A stretch of 52,528 nt of DNA from Myxococcales bacterium (GTDB lineage Bacteria; Myxococcota_A; Polyangia; Fen-1088): contig JAYUUT010000162.1 in assembly GCA_043754455.1 (NCBI GenBank), forward strand, positions 1 through 52,528. Direction: 5' to 3'. The position numbers and the translations under genes are program-made. Below the pieces are notes generated by a model. That model was given only the letters and a program-made list of their open reading frames with translations. It had not been told where the DNA came from and made no database searches. Shown here one piece after another: positions 41,108 to 50,077 of the stretch (position 1 is the stretch's first letter; each line of letters starts with the position of its first letter).

Positions 41108-41125
41108 ATGTTTCACGTGGAACAT
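41108..41125. promoter_or_regulatory. 18-bp near-perfect palindrome ATGTTTCACGTGGAACAT, 34 nt upstream of the bioF start: candidate operator
   Basis: Read directly. One asymmetric pair (T/G) around a CACGTG core. Confidence 0.5.
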
Positions 41126-41160
41126 ATCAATTCTGGGGGCGTCGGAAATCATCTTCGGCG

Positions 41161-41805
41161 TCACTTTGTTCCACGTGGAACAAGGAATGCCAAGACCTCT
41201 CGAACCCTCCCGTCAGGAAGCCGGTAAACCCTCTTCCCCGCAGCCTCATATCCAGCCTTCGATAAGGCGACCGCTTCGTCGGGGGTCGTCAAGACTCCAA
41301 TCTGGCCTCCGGGCTCGATCACGCCGGGTGCGCGCTTGATCCACTCGAGCGGGGCGAACGTTGCCCGCGAAAATCCCGCCGCAAAAAGCTCGTGCCGAGG
41401 GAACGACTCTAGTCGGCTCTCTACAACGGTCCCCGGCAAACCCAACTCTCGTAGAGCGGTTCGCAAGAATGCGGCCCGGCGACGCCGTGGTTCGACAAGC
41501 GTCAAAATGCAGTCGCGTCGAAGAATCCCGAAAGCAATACCTGGCAGTCCGCCCCCAGCACCTACATCAACGACGCGTCCAGCGGGAAAAAGCAAAGCGA
41601 GGGCCGCGCTATCGAGGAAATGTTCATCGAGGAGCTCTCTTATGGAACTGGCTCCCGTCAGATTGATGGTTTGGTTCCAACGCAAAAGCAGCTCAAAGTA
41701 CTCACATATCTTCCGCGAATCTTCGGCGCCGAGCCGTAGGCCCAACGATGACGCCATCGTCCCCAATTCCCCGGCTGCTGTTTCAATAGACGTGCTTGCC
41801 GACAT
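41161..41805 (-). CDS. rsmG: 16S rRNA (guanine527-N7)-methyltransferase
   Basis: LLLRWNQTINLTG, VVDVGAGGGLPGIAFGI, typical RsmG/GidB length. The start could be the internal MASSLG. Confidence 0.85.
   Translation of the reverse strand: MSASTSIETAAGELGTMASSLGLRLGAEDSRKICEYFELLLRWNQTINLTGASSIRELLDEHFLDSAALALLFPAGRVVDVGAGGGLPGIAFGILRRDCILTLVEPRRRRAAFLRTALRELGLPGTVVESRLESFPRHELFAAGFSRATFAPLEWIKRAPGVIEPGGQIGVLTTPDEAVALSKAGYEAAGKRVYRLPDGRVREVLAFLVPRGTK
41166..41183. promoter_or_regulatory. 18-bp perfect palindrome TTGTTCCACGTGGAACAA inside the last codons of rsmG: second copy of the candidate operator
   Basis: Read directly. Its centre is 58 bp from the centre of the first palindrome. It encodes the rsmG tail ...LVPRGTK. 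Confidence 0.5.
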
Positions 41806-41831
41806 GCTGGGGCTAGTATAGTCGTGCCGGA

Positions 41832-42917
41832 ATGACGCTATCGTGGGAACTAAGCCACCGAATCACGGGCTTCGTGAACACCTATGGTGGTGGCGATGCG
41901 GGATCGCCGGTACTCCTTGCGGGTGATGCCTCGGGGCGCCGCTACTTTCGTGTGCCGACCGGGGCCATTCCCTCCAGCACGGTGGTGATGGAACTGCCCG
42001 CACCCTCCTCGGCAATCCCTGGCCTCCCGACCACTCGGGGGGTTACCGCCCCTTCGTCGTTGGGGCCTCAACTAGAACCGACGTTTCTTCCTGTCCAGCG
42101 TTTCCTTTCGGAGGCTGCGTATCCCGTTCCCCAAATCTCCTGCGTGCAACTCGACCGTGGGTTCATTGGGCTCGAAGATCTGGGTGATGTGACCCTCGAC
42201 ATCGCTCAGGGAAGAGCCAGTGCTGAGGGCCGTCGGGCCCTTTACCGACAGGCCGTGTCCCTCATCGCCGATCTTCAACGAATTGGCGCCGAGGCGATTC
42301 GAAGCAAGCCGGGCTTTTTGGCCTTCCATCGAAGATTCGACGTACCCCTCCTCTCTTGGGAGCTCGACCATTTTCGGGATTGGTTCCTTGAACGCGAAAG
42401 AGGAATCAGACTGGATCCTGCAGAAGCCATGATTGTCGATGCGGCCTTCTCCTTTATTGCTAACCATCTGGCCGAACAGCCGCCGGTTCTGGTCCATAGG
42501 GACTTTCAAAGCCGGAACCTAATGGTGCAGGGGGCTTGTTCACTGCGCGTCATCGATTTCCAAGACATGCTTCTTGGCCCCCCCTGTTACGACCTTGTGG
42601 CTCTGCTCAAGGATTCATATGTCGTGCTTTCAGGCGCGGAAACCACTGAGTTGATAACGCAATTCGCCGAAGAAGCCGGAATTTCAAATCGCAACATATT
42701 TAGTAATCTATTTCACATACAAACTGTGCAGAGAAAACTGAAAGACGCAGGACGCTTTATCTATCTCGACCGCGTTCGTGAACAGTCCACCTACCGCCGC
42801 TGGATTGCATCCAGCCTTGCCCATGCGGCCTTGGCGATGGCCGCGGTAGACGAATTGGCACCCCTTTGTGAGGTTCTCGGTCGTCACGTCCCCGAACTGT
42901 GCGCCGAGCGGGTATAA
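41832..42917 (+). CDS. Aminoglycoside-phosphotransferase-fold kinase, AmgK-like (anomeric MurNAc/GlcNAc kinase type)
   Basis: Brenner/catalytic loop LVHRDFQSRNLMV and VIDFQDMLLGPPCYDLVALLKDSY match the AmgK pattern as I remember it. No adjacent MurU-like nucleotidyltransferase. Confidence 0.65.
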   Translation: MTLSWELSHRITGFVNTYGGGDAGSPVLLAGDASGRRYFRVPTGAIPSSTVVMELPAPSSAIPGLPTTRGVTAPSSLGPQLEPTFLPVQRFLSEAAYPVPQISCVQLDRGFIGLEDLGDVTLDIAQGRASAEGRRALYRQAVSLIADLQRIGAEAIRSKPGFLAFHRRFDVPLLSWELDHFRDWFLERERGIRLDPAEAMIVDAAFSFIANHLAEQPPVLVHRDFQSRNLMVQGACSLRVIDFQDMLLGPPCYDLVALLKDSYVVLSGAETTELITQFAEEAGISNRNIFSNLFHIQTVQRKLKDAGRFIYLDRVREQSTYRRWIASSLAHAALAMAAVDELAPLCEVLGRHVPELCAERV

Positions 42918-43016
42918 CCGGATACACCGGTTCCGGTTCTTCACCGGGGTCTGGTGATTGCCGAATGCGCACTTGTGGCGATACAATCCCCGCTTCCTGA
43001 GGTCGGAAAAACGCCA

Positions 43017-45305
43017 ATGCAGACAGGTTCCAGCAAACAACGCCTTCTTCTTGTCGACGGGGATCCAAAGAGCCTCCGGGTTCTGGATGTGAGCTTGAAA
43101 AAGCTCGGGTACCTCGTGACGCCCGCAGCCACTGGTGTCGAGGCCCTCGCGGTCCTTGAAGCTGGCCCGCCGGATCTTGTGATCTCCGACACCCACCTGC
43201 CCGAACTAGATGGTTTCCAACTGTGCCGCCGAATAAAGGAACGACCGGAATGGGCAAAGATCCCGTTCATCTTCCTTTCCAGCCGCAAATCGATGGAAGA
43301 CAAGATTCGCGGCCTAGAATTAGGTGTCGAGGACTACCTATCGAAGCCCGTCTATATCAAAGAGATCGTGACCCGCGTTAAGATGCTGCTACAGCGGCGC
43401 GAACGCGAACGCTTGGAATCCAAGCGAGGTGATGGGCGGACAAAATTCGCGGGAAAACTAAGCGACATCGGTGTCGTCGACTTGGTCCAAACCATCGAGG
43501 TCAACCGCAAATCGGGAATCATTCACGTACAAAACCGCGACAGAAAACGTGGGGCTTTGTACTTTCGTGATGGAAAAATTGTCGATGCAGAAGTGGGACG
43601 CCTACAAAGCAGCGAAGCCGTATATCGGATGTTTTTTTGGGCGGACGGCAATTTCGAGGTCGAATTCAAACCTATTCGTCGTCGTGATGTGATCGACCTG
43701 TCGGCGCAAGCCCTTCTGATGGAAGGTATGCGTCGGGTAGACGAATGGACCCGGGTCGTCGAAACCTTGCCCCCGCTTGATGCGGTATTCGTGGTTGACT
43801 ACCACCTGCTGGCCGACCGTTTGGCCGACATTCCTGACGAGGTCAACGGAATACTCCGCCTTTTTGACGGGCGCCGCACGCTCGGGCAAGTCGTTGAAGA
43901 TTCGGATTTTCCAGAGATTGCGGCTGCAACTGTCATTGGTAAGCTGCTTGGCGACCGACTCGTTTACGAGGTCCATCGCGATTCCGGGCGGGCCTTTGCT
44001 GATAATCTTGACCAGGACGAGATCGAGGCCTCGCCCCTAGATCGCTGGCTGGGACAGCCCGCTCAGGATCCGATCGACTTGTTGACTCCGGACGAGGGCC
44101 CAGATGCCCTGACCCCCATTCCTGAACCGCGGGGTCAGTCCGCGTTGCCAGGTGCCACAAGCCCGACAATCGCGATTCCCCAAGGTCCAGCACCCTCTGT
44201 CGTGGCGCCGCGAATGCCCACCTTGCGTGGGGTCGGACCTGAACACGAGGCCCTGTTGGCGGCAGTTGCCGATGCTCGTCGGCCGCTCGAATCCCGGGGT
44301 ACTCGGCTTATGAGTATTCCCCAGGCTCTTGATGCAGATGGCAGTGCGGCGTCGAACGCGGCGGCCCCAGTCGAGGCTTCCGATGCCCGATCCTCGCGCG
44401 CTGCCCCGGCGCTGGTCCAGCACGCGTCCGTCGAGGAGATAGGCCAGGACACCTCCCACGGCCACACCGATGACCCAGCCCACGACGAACCGGCGCTACC
44501 CGTCGCCGTCCCCATGCCTACGCGATCGTCGCCCGCCGTGTCCGTTTCGACGTCCATTCCGTCAGGCACTGACTTTCTGAAGGAAGATCCGACCTTCGTC
44601 ACGGAATACCTCGCCCACCGGGCAAAAAAACGAATGACCATCGGCGTGGCCGCTGGTGCCACGCTGGTCGTCGCGTTGGTTTTTGTCCTGCGCGGTGGCT
44701 CAGCCCCTCCTGACGCACCTTCTCCGATGAAAGAAGTTGCAGCAGAGGAAAAAGCGCCACCCGCAGAGCCAGTCCCTGCCCCAGCTGTGACTGCCCCGGT
44801 TGTGGCGGCACCGCCCACCGCGCCGTCCGTGGAGGTTCCCGTGGCGACGGTGCCTGCGGCTCCTGCTGTTGCTGTGCCTGCTCCAGCTGCTCCCTCGCCC
44901 GCTATTCCCGCCGTCGTTGCCCCGCCCGAGCCACCGGCCTCCCCGGCAGTCGATGAAGCAGCCGTCCTCGTTGTCGCCTGTCGCCAGGCTCATGACGGAC
45001 AAGTCTACAAAAGCATTATCGACGAATGTGGCAAAGCCCTCAAGGCCAAGCCGGACGCTGCAGACGTGATGGCCATGTTGGCCAATGCGGAGCTTGACAA
45101 GGGCAATGCCAAGAAGGCGCTTACCTGGGCTAAAAAGGCTAGCGAGGCCGATCCGAACTTTCCTGAGGCCTATGTTTTTATCGGCAGTGCCGAGCAGGTG
45201 TTGGGTCGTCCGGTCGAAGCCAAGAATGCATATTTGCGATATCTGGAACTCGCGCCAACTGGGAAATACGCTGCCGACCTGAAATCTGTCCTCGCAGGAC
45301 TGTGA
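43017..45305 (+). CDS. Response-regulator receiver, DUF4388 (PATAN-like), Pro/Ala/Val-rich spacer with TM helix, C-terminal TPR
   Basis: Start MQTGSSKQRLLLVDGDPKSLRVLD (ATG 43017). Receiver motifs VISDTHLPELDG and YLSKPV. DUF4388: FAGKLSDIGVVDLVQTIEVNRKSGIIHVQNRDRKRGALYFRDGKIVDAEVG...AVYRMFFWADGNFEVEF. Hydrophobic helix IGVAAGATLVVALVFVL. About 90 aa of PA/PV repeats. TPR-like tail (...ANAELDKGNAKKALTWAKKASEADPNFPEAYVFIGSAEQVLGRPVEAKNAYLRYLELAP). Confidence 0.75.
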   Translation: MQTGSSKQRLLLVDGDPKSLRVLDVSLKKLGYLVTPAATGVEALAVLEAGPPDLVISDTHLPELDGFQLCRRIKERPEWAKIPFIFLSSRKSMEDKIRGLELGVEDYLSKPVYIKEIVTRVKMLLQRRERERLESKRGDGRTKFAGKLSDIGVVDLVQTIEVNRKSGIIHVQNRDRKRGALYFRDGKIVDAEVGRLQSSEAVYRMFFWADGNFEVEFKPIRRRDVIDLSAQALLMEGMRRVDEWTRVVETLPPLDAVFVVDYHLLADRLADIPDEVNGILRLFDGRRTLGQVVEDSDFPEIAAATVIGKLLGDRLVYEVHRDSGRAFADNLDQDEIEASPLDRWLGQPAQDPIDLLTPDEGPDALTPIPEPRGQSALPGATSPTIAIPQGPAPSVVAPRMPTLRGVGPEHEALLAAVADARRPLESRGTRLMSIPQALDADGSAASNAAAPVEASDARSSRAAPALVQHASVEEIGQDTSHGHTDDPAHDEPALPVAVPMPTRSSPAVSVSTSIPSGTDFLKEDPTFVTEYLAHRAKKRMTIGVAAGATLVVALVFVLRGGSAPPDAPSPMKEVAAEEKAPPAEPVPAPAVTAPVVAAPPTAPSVEVPVATVPAAPAVAVPAPAAPSPAIPAVVAPPEPPASPAVDEAAVLVVACRQAHDGQVYKSIIDECGKALKAKPDAADVMAMLANAELDKGNAKKALTWAKKASEADPNFPEAYVFIGSAEQVLGRPVEAKNAYLRYLELAPTGKYAADLKSVLAGL

Positions 45306-46357
45306 GCCCCTTGGGACCTCGCGCGGGCTGCCAGGGTCCGCCCGGCTTGGTGTTGGGGCTTGAAACGTCCTGCGACGAAACGGCTGCGTCCGTGGTCGAA
45401 AATGGTCGCATCATTCGCAGCGATATCGTTGCCACCCAAATGGTTGTGCACGCCGAATTCGGAGGGGTCGTCCCCGAGGTGGCATCCCGTCAGCACCTAG
45501 CAACGGTTATTCCTGTAGTCCGGGACGCCCTCTTGCAGGCCGGTGTCGATCTTGCCGATCTTGATGGAATCGCCGTAACCTGCGGTCCCGGGCTCGTGGG
45601 GCCTCTGCTTGTCGGGGTCGAGACCGCCAAGTCCCTTGCCTACGCCCTAAAGATCCCTGTGGTTGGCGTGAATCACCTCGTAGGTCATTTAAGCGCCGTG
45701 TTTTTGGAGGGCAGTGAGGCAGAATGCCCACCGCCATTTCCGCATCTGGCACTTCTAATCTCGGGAGGAAATACGCTGTTGGCCCGTCTGGATGCTCCTA
45801 GCCAGGTCAAGATCCTTGGTTCGACCCGCGACGACGCGGCAGGAGAGGCCTTCGACAAGGTCGCAAAACTTTTGGGACTGGGCTACCCAGGAGGGGTTCA
45901 GATCGATCGTCTCGCTGCAAAGGGAGACGCTACCGCCTTTGCCTTTCCTCGCCCGCTTCCGCGACGAGATGATCTAAATTTTTCCTTTTCAGGCTTGAAA
46001 ACCGCGGTTGCGACATGCCTTGGGGCTGGGCCCCGTCCCGTCGGAGACACGCTAGCAAATTTCTGCGCGAGCTTTCAGGCGGCGGTTGTGGACGTCCTTG
46101 TCCGCAAATCACGAGCGGCCCTGCGACAAGAAGGTGTCGCCCACCTGCAAATCTGTGGAGGGGTAGCCTCGAACGGCGGCCTCCGTACCGCACTTCGGCG
46201 TGCCGCTTCCGAAGATGGGTTCACTCTCTACGTGCCCCCGGCGCGCCTCTGCACTGACAATGCCGCTATGATAGCTGCAGCGGGGGCGGTTTCACTCGCT
46301 CGCGGTCAATCCGCTGGGTTGGACCTGAACGTTGATCCGGGACTTCCGATTCAATGA
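45302..46357 (+). CDS. tsaD: tRNA N6-adenosine threonylcarbamoyltransferase
   Basis: LGLETSCDETAASVV, GVNHLVGHL, LLGLGYPGG. The true start may be TTG 45347 or GTG 45350 rather than GTG 45302. Confidence 0.9.
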   Translation: MSPLGPRAGCQGPPGLVLGLETSCDETAASVVENGRIIRSDIVATQMVVHAEFGGVVPEVASRQHLATVIPVVRDALLQAGVDLADLDGIAVTCGPGLVGPLLVGVETAKSLAYALKIPVVGVNHLVGHLSAVFLEGSEAECPPPFPHLALLISGGNTLLARLDAPSQVKILGSTRDDAAGEAFDKVAKLLGLGYPGGVQIDRLAAKGDATAFAFPRPLPRRDDLNFSFSGLKTAVATCLGAGPRPVGDTLANFCASFQAAVVDVLVRKSRAALRQEGVAHLQICGGVASNGGLRTALRRAASEDGFTLYVPPARLCTDNAAMIAAAGAVSLARGQSAGLDLNVDPGLPIQ

Positions 46358-47262
46358 GTGACGATGCCTCTTCAAGCCCGCTCACAGCGTCAGCGCGGAC
46401 GTTGCTGTCGAAATATTGTCTTTCACCCAAGAAGGCCTGGGGTCAAAATTTTCTCACCGATCCGAACACGCAAGTTCGCATCGCGAAGGCCGCCGACTTG
46501 CAACCGGATGACGTCGTTGTCGAGATCGGTGCCGGCCTGGGAGCCCTGACGGTACATCTCGCAAGATCCGCCAAACGTGTCTTCGCTGTCGAGCGCGATC
46601 CCGATCTAGTCAGGGTTCTGCGTGCCGAACTGGTCCCCCGTTATGGAACCCTGTTGGTCGAGCCGGGGGATGCGCTGGAGGTAGACTTTTTGGCCAAGGC
46701 ACGCGAAGCAGGTCGCCCGCTCGTGGTCATTGGGAACCTGCCCTACCAGATAACGTCACCCTTGCTATTTCGTGTGATCGACGCCGCTGATGGGGGGCAG
46801 GTGGTGTCGCGGGCGGTGTTCATGGTGCAGCGAGAATTTGCTGAAAGGATGGCAGCGGGGCCCGGCAGTAAGACCTATGGGCGGCTGTCAGTCATGGTTC
46901 AGCAAGCAGCCAACGTTCGGATTCTTTTCCACGTTGGATCTGGTGCCTTTGTCCCGCCGCCCAATGTCACCTCCACGGTCTTTCGTCTTGACCTGCGCGC
47001 CACGCCCTTGGCCCCAGTCCGCGACCCACAAGTTTTTGCCATGACAGTGGCGGCTGCATTTTCTACCAGGCGAAAAATGTTGCGCCGAGCGCTAGGGACG
47101 GCATTCGGGGATGACGTGGCGCCTGCGGCTCTCGCCGCTGCCGGGATCCTGGGAACCCGGCGCGCCGAAGAACTGTCCGTGCCTGAATTCGGGCGACTTG
47201 CCGACCAACTGTTCGAACGACGCGATGGCTGGTCTGGCACACTGCCACCCTGCGCCGAATAG
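46354..47262 (+). CDS. rsmA: 16S rRNA (adenine1518/1519-N6)-dimethyltransferase
   Basis: ATGA overlap with tsaD. GQNFLTDPN, VVEIGAGLGALT, IGNLPYQITSPL. Confidence 0.9.
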   Translation: MSDDASSSPLTASARTLLSKYCLSPKKAWGQNFLTDPNTQVRIAKAADLQPDDVVVEIGAGLGALTVHLARSAKRVFAVERDPDLVRVLRAELVPRYGTLLVEPGDALEVDFLAKAREAGRPLVVIGNLPYQITSPLLFRVIDAADGGQVVSRAVFMVQREFAERMAAGPGSKTYGRLSVMVQQAANVRILFHVGSGAFVPPPNVTSTVFRLDLRATPLAPVRDPQVFAMTVAAAFSTRRKMLRRALGTAFGDDVAPAALAAAGILGTRRAEELSVPEFGRLADQLFERRDGWSGTLPPCAE

Positions 47263-47265
47263 GCC

Positions 47266-48105
47266 ATGCCTGAACTTCCCGAAGTCGAAACCGTCGTTCG
47301 AACGCTCCGCCCCCATCTGATCAGCCGGCGGATCGAAAATATAACCTGGAGTGGTTTCGGCTTGCGTCTGGGTCGTCCCGTCCCCCTCGCACAACTTCGG
47401 GCCTCGGGTGTTGGCCAGATTGTTCAGCGCGTTGAACGCCGCGCGAAGTATGTTCTCCTCTTCCTAGGACCTCGCACCGGCGGATCTTCAACCGCAGTGG
47501 TCCTTGTCCATCTTGGGATGTCTGGGCGGCTGCGGGTCCAGCCTTCCGGCGAGGACAAAGTCCCTCACACACATGTTGTCTGGCGGCTTTCGGGGGGCGT
47601 CGACCTTCGCTTCATCGATCCGCGTCGATTTGGCTGGGTCGGCATTGCCAGCGATGAAGGCGCGCTGGTAGAGCTGCGGGGTCTGGGCCCTGATCCAGTC
47701 GTTGGCCTAGACAGGGAGTTGTTCTCACAAGCGCTCGCAACATCCCAAGCGCCCATCAAGGCCTTCCTCCTCGACCAACGACGGGTGTCCGGCCTCGGCA
47801 ATATCTATGTGTGCGAGGCCCTTTTTCATGCGCGGATCGATCCGCGTGCGTCTGCCCGTCGATGTCAGTTGCGGGCTGTTCCTTTAGTACAAGCCGTCAC
47901 CCAAGTTCTGGTCAAGGCGATCGCAAACCGCGGTACGACCCTGCGGGACTATGTAGATGGTGAGGGCGGGCAAGGCTTCAACCAGCACGTCCTCGCGGTT
48001 TATGGCAAGGAATCCGAACCCTGCGATGTATGCGGCACTGCCATCCGCCGCATTGTCCAGAATGCCCGGTCGACCTTCTTCTGTCCGACCTGCCAGCGTC
48101 GCTGA
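47266..48105 (+). CDS. mutM: Formamidopyrimidine-DNA glycosylase
   Basis: MPELPEVETV N-terminus, H2TH region, C-terminal zinc finger CDVCGTAIRRIVQNARSTFFCPTCQ. Confidence 0.92.
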   Translation: MPELPEVETVVRTLRPHLISRRIENITWSGFGLRLGRPVPLAQLRASGVGQIVQRVERRAKYVLLFLGPRTGGSSTAVVLVHLGMSGRLRVQPSGEDKVPHTHVVWRLSGGVDLRFIDPRRFGWVGIASDEGALVELRGLGPDPVVGLDRELFSQALATSQAPIKAFLLDQRRVSGLGNIYVCEALFHARIDPRASARRCQLRAVPLVQAVTQVLVKAIANRGTTLRDYVDGEGGQGFNQHVLAVYGKESEPCDVCGTAIRRIVQNARSTFFCPTCQRR

Positions 48106-48126
48106 CAGGTCGGACCTTTAAAATCG

Positions 48127-49479
48127 TTAAAGAACGTTCGAGGCCAATTCAGCCAATGGAGAGCGTTCCCCCTTGGTTAGCGAGACGTGCCCGGCAATGC
48201 CCTGGCCCTTAAACTTCTGGACGATCGTCGTCAGCCCATTCGATGTCGCATCCACGTAGGGATTGTCGATCTGGTAGGGATCGCCCGTTAGCACGATCTT
48301 CGTGCCGTCCCCCGCGCGGGTGATAATCGTCTTCACCTCATGAGGCGTTAGATTCTGAGCCTCGTCCACAATAATAAATTGATTCGGGATCGATCGGCCG
48401 CGTATGTAGGTCAACGGTTCAATCTCAATAAATCCAAGCTCGATAAGCTCGCGATAGCTGCGACCGCTCTTTGCATCTTGCTTGGACAAGCCCATCAAGA
48501 ATTCGATGTTGTCGTAGATCGGCTGCATCCAAGGATTCAGTTTCTGTTCGAGGTCACCCGGCAGGAAACCGACGTCACGCCCTAGGGGGAAAATCGGTCG
48601 GGATACCAGCAAACGCGAAAAAGTTCGTTCCTCCACCACACGCTGCATTCCCGCCGCAAGGGCCAGCATGGTCTTTCCCGTGCCCGCCTTGCCCACCAAC
48701 GTGACCAGCTTGATGTCATCCGCCAACAACAAATCCAGCGCACAATGCTGTTCTTTGTTTCGCGGTCGAATCCCCCATACGCCGTCCCGAAGCTTCCGTA
48801 AAGGAACAACCCGGCCGGTGGCTTGATCAAACCGGCCCAACGCCGAATGCGAGGGGCTCTTCTCGTCTCTGAGGATCACATACTGGTTCGGCACCACCGT
48901 CACCCCAGGCAGTTCAAGGGCGCCGTTCGCATAAAATGCGTCCACCAAATCACCCTTCACCTGCAGATCAAGGATGCCGGAATAAAGTTCGTCAATATCG
49001 ACCCGACCCGCCTCGTAGTCCATTGCGTTCAGACCTAGGGCGTCCGCACGAATCCGTAGATTGACATCTTTGGTGACGAAAATCGTCTGGTCACTCAAGT
49101 TCGAGTCCCGCACCTCTAATGCGACGCCCAAGATCAAGTGATCCGCGATCTGGTTTTCGCGCAGGGTGGTCGGCACCGTCGCCGCCTGCCCGGTCGTCGC
49201 AACTCGCAACGTCCCGCCCGTTGGCAACGGAGCCCCGTCCGAAAGCCGTGCTCCATCGGCCCTAAGGGCATCTAACATGCGGGCAATCTCACGCGCGCTG
49301 CGTCCGCGCTCTGACGATTCCTTCTTAAATTGATCCACCTCTTCGAGGACGAAGATGGGTATTACCACCTCGTTGGCTTCGAAGTTCAGGATCGCGCGTG
49401 GATCGTGGATAAGAACGTTGGTGTCGAGGACGAAGTGCTTGTTGGGCATCCTGTGTGCGGGCAGTGCCCGTTTGTCCAT
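48127..49479 (-). CDS. PIN-domain plus PhoH-like ATPase (PhoH2/YlaK type)
   Basis: PIN: KHFVLDTNVLIHDPRAILNFEANEVVIPIFVLEEVD. PhoH: LVGKAGTGKTMLALAAG Walker A, IIVDEAQNLTPHE Walker B. I place the start at ATG 49479 (MDKRAL) or 49449 (MPNKHF). The ORF stays open to 50061, but the extra 194 codons are doubtful (see findings). Confidence 0.85.
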   Translation of the reverse strand: MDKRALPAHRMPNKHFVLDTNVLIHDPRAILNFEANEVVIPIFVLEEVDQFKKESSERGRSAREIARMLDALRADGARLSDGAPLPTGGTLRVATTGQAATVPTTLRENQIADHLILGVALEVRDSNLSDQTIFVTKDVNLRIRADALGLNAMDYEAGRVDIDELYSGILDLQVKGDLVDAFYANGALELPGVTVVPNQYVILRDEKSPSHSALGRFDQATGRVVPLRKLRDGVWGIRPRNKEQHCALDLLLADDIKLVTLVGKAGTGKTMLALAAGMQRVVEERTFSRLLVSRPIFPLGRDVGFLPGDLEQKLNPWMQPIYDNIEFLMGLSKQDAKSGRSYRELIELGFIEIEPLTYIRGRSIPNQFIIVDEAQNLTPHEVKTIITRAGDGTKIVLTGDPYQIDNPYVDATSNGLTTIVQKFKGQGIAGHVSLTKGERSPLAELASNVL

Positions 49480-50077
49480 AGTACACGTTCGTCGAGCGGT
49501 GCCACCAGGAATCCGCCGACGCCGCTTCAGCAATGTATCGATAACGACCCGCAGATCCGCTCGCCGTGCTCCTCGTACACCCGCCCACAGGTCACCGATT
49601 CGTGCCAGTCGACCGGGCAGAGTTCGGATGGTTCTCGAATCCACCGGGCGACGTTCCCCTCCTGCTCGACGGCACCCCTGGGATCGGAGCAAGATCGAAA
49701 GCAACTTGGGTTGGCGAGTCGATATCGGCTGCCCGTATAAGCCACGGATCTCGGGAAATCGTCGCCAGCTGCACCATATACGTACCGTCGACAGCGCCAA
49801 CGATTCGTGTTGGTACGTCAGGACCATCGATCTGCCGTGTCCGAATGCCCGCGGGCATCTTGCCAGGGGCTCGATGCTGGGAAAAACTGTTCGGGTCATC
49901 AACCCCATGTGGAAGTTCGGTTCGTCGTAGAGCCTGCCGTCACCCAGGGAAAGGTCTTCGACCGTGGCCAACTGAGCCAACATCGGAAGCCACCCCTCAG
50001 TTTCGCTGTGGCTCATTGTAAACAGAGCTGCATCCGTTTTCCCCTCGGATCCCTTAGACACGCTATCATTCTGCGCG

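Noticed and set aside
44135-44818. 227-aa minus-strand ORF antisense to the receiver-DUF4388 gene
   Set aside because: Gly/Ala/Ser/Thr-rich mirror image of the Pro/Ala-rich coding region. No start context.
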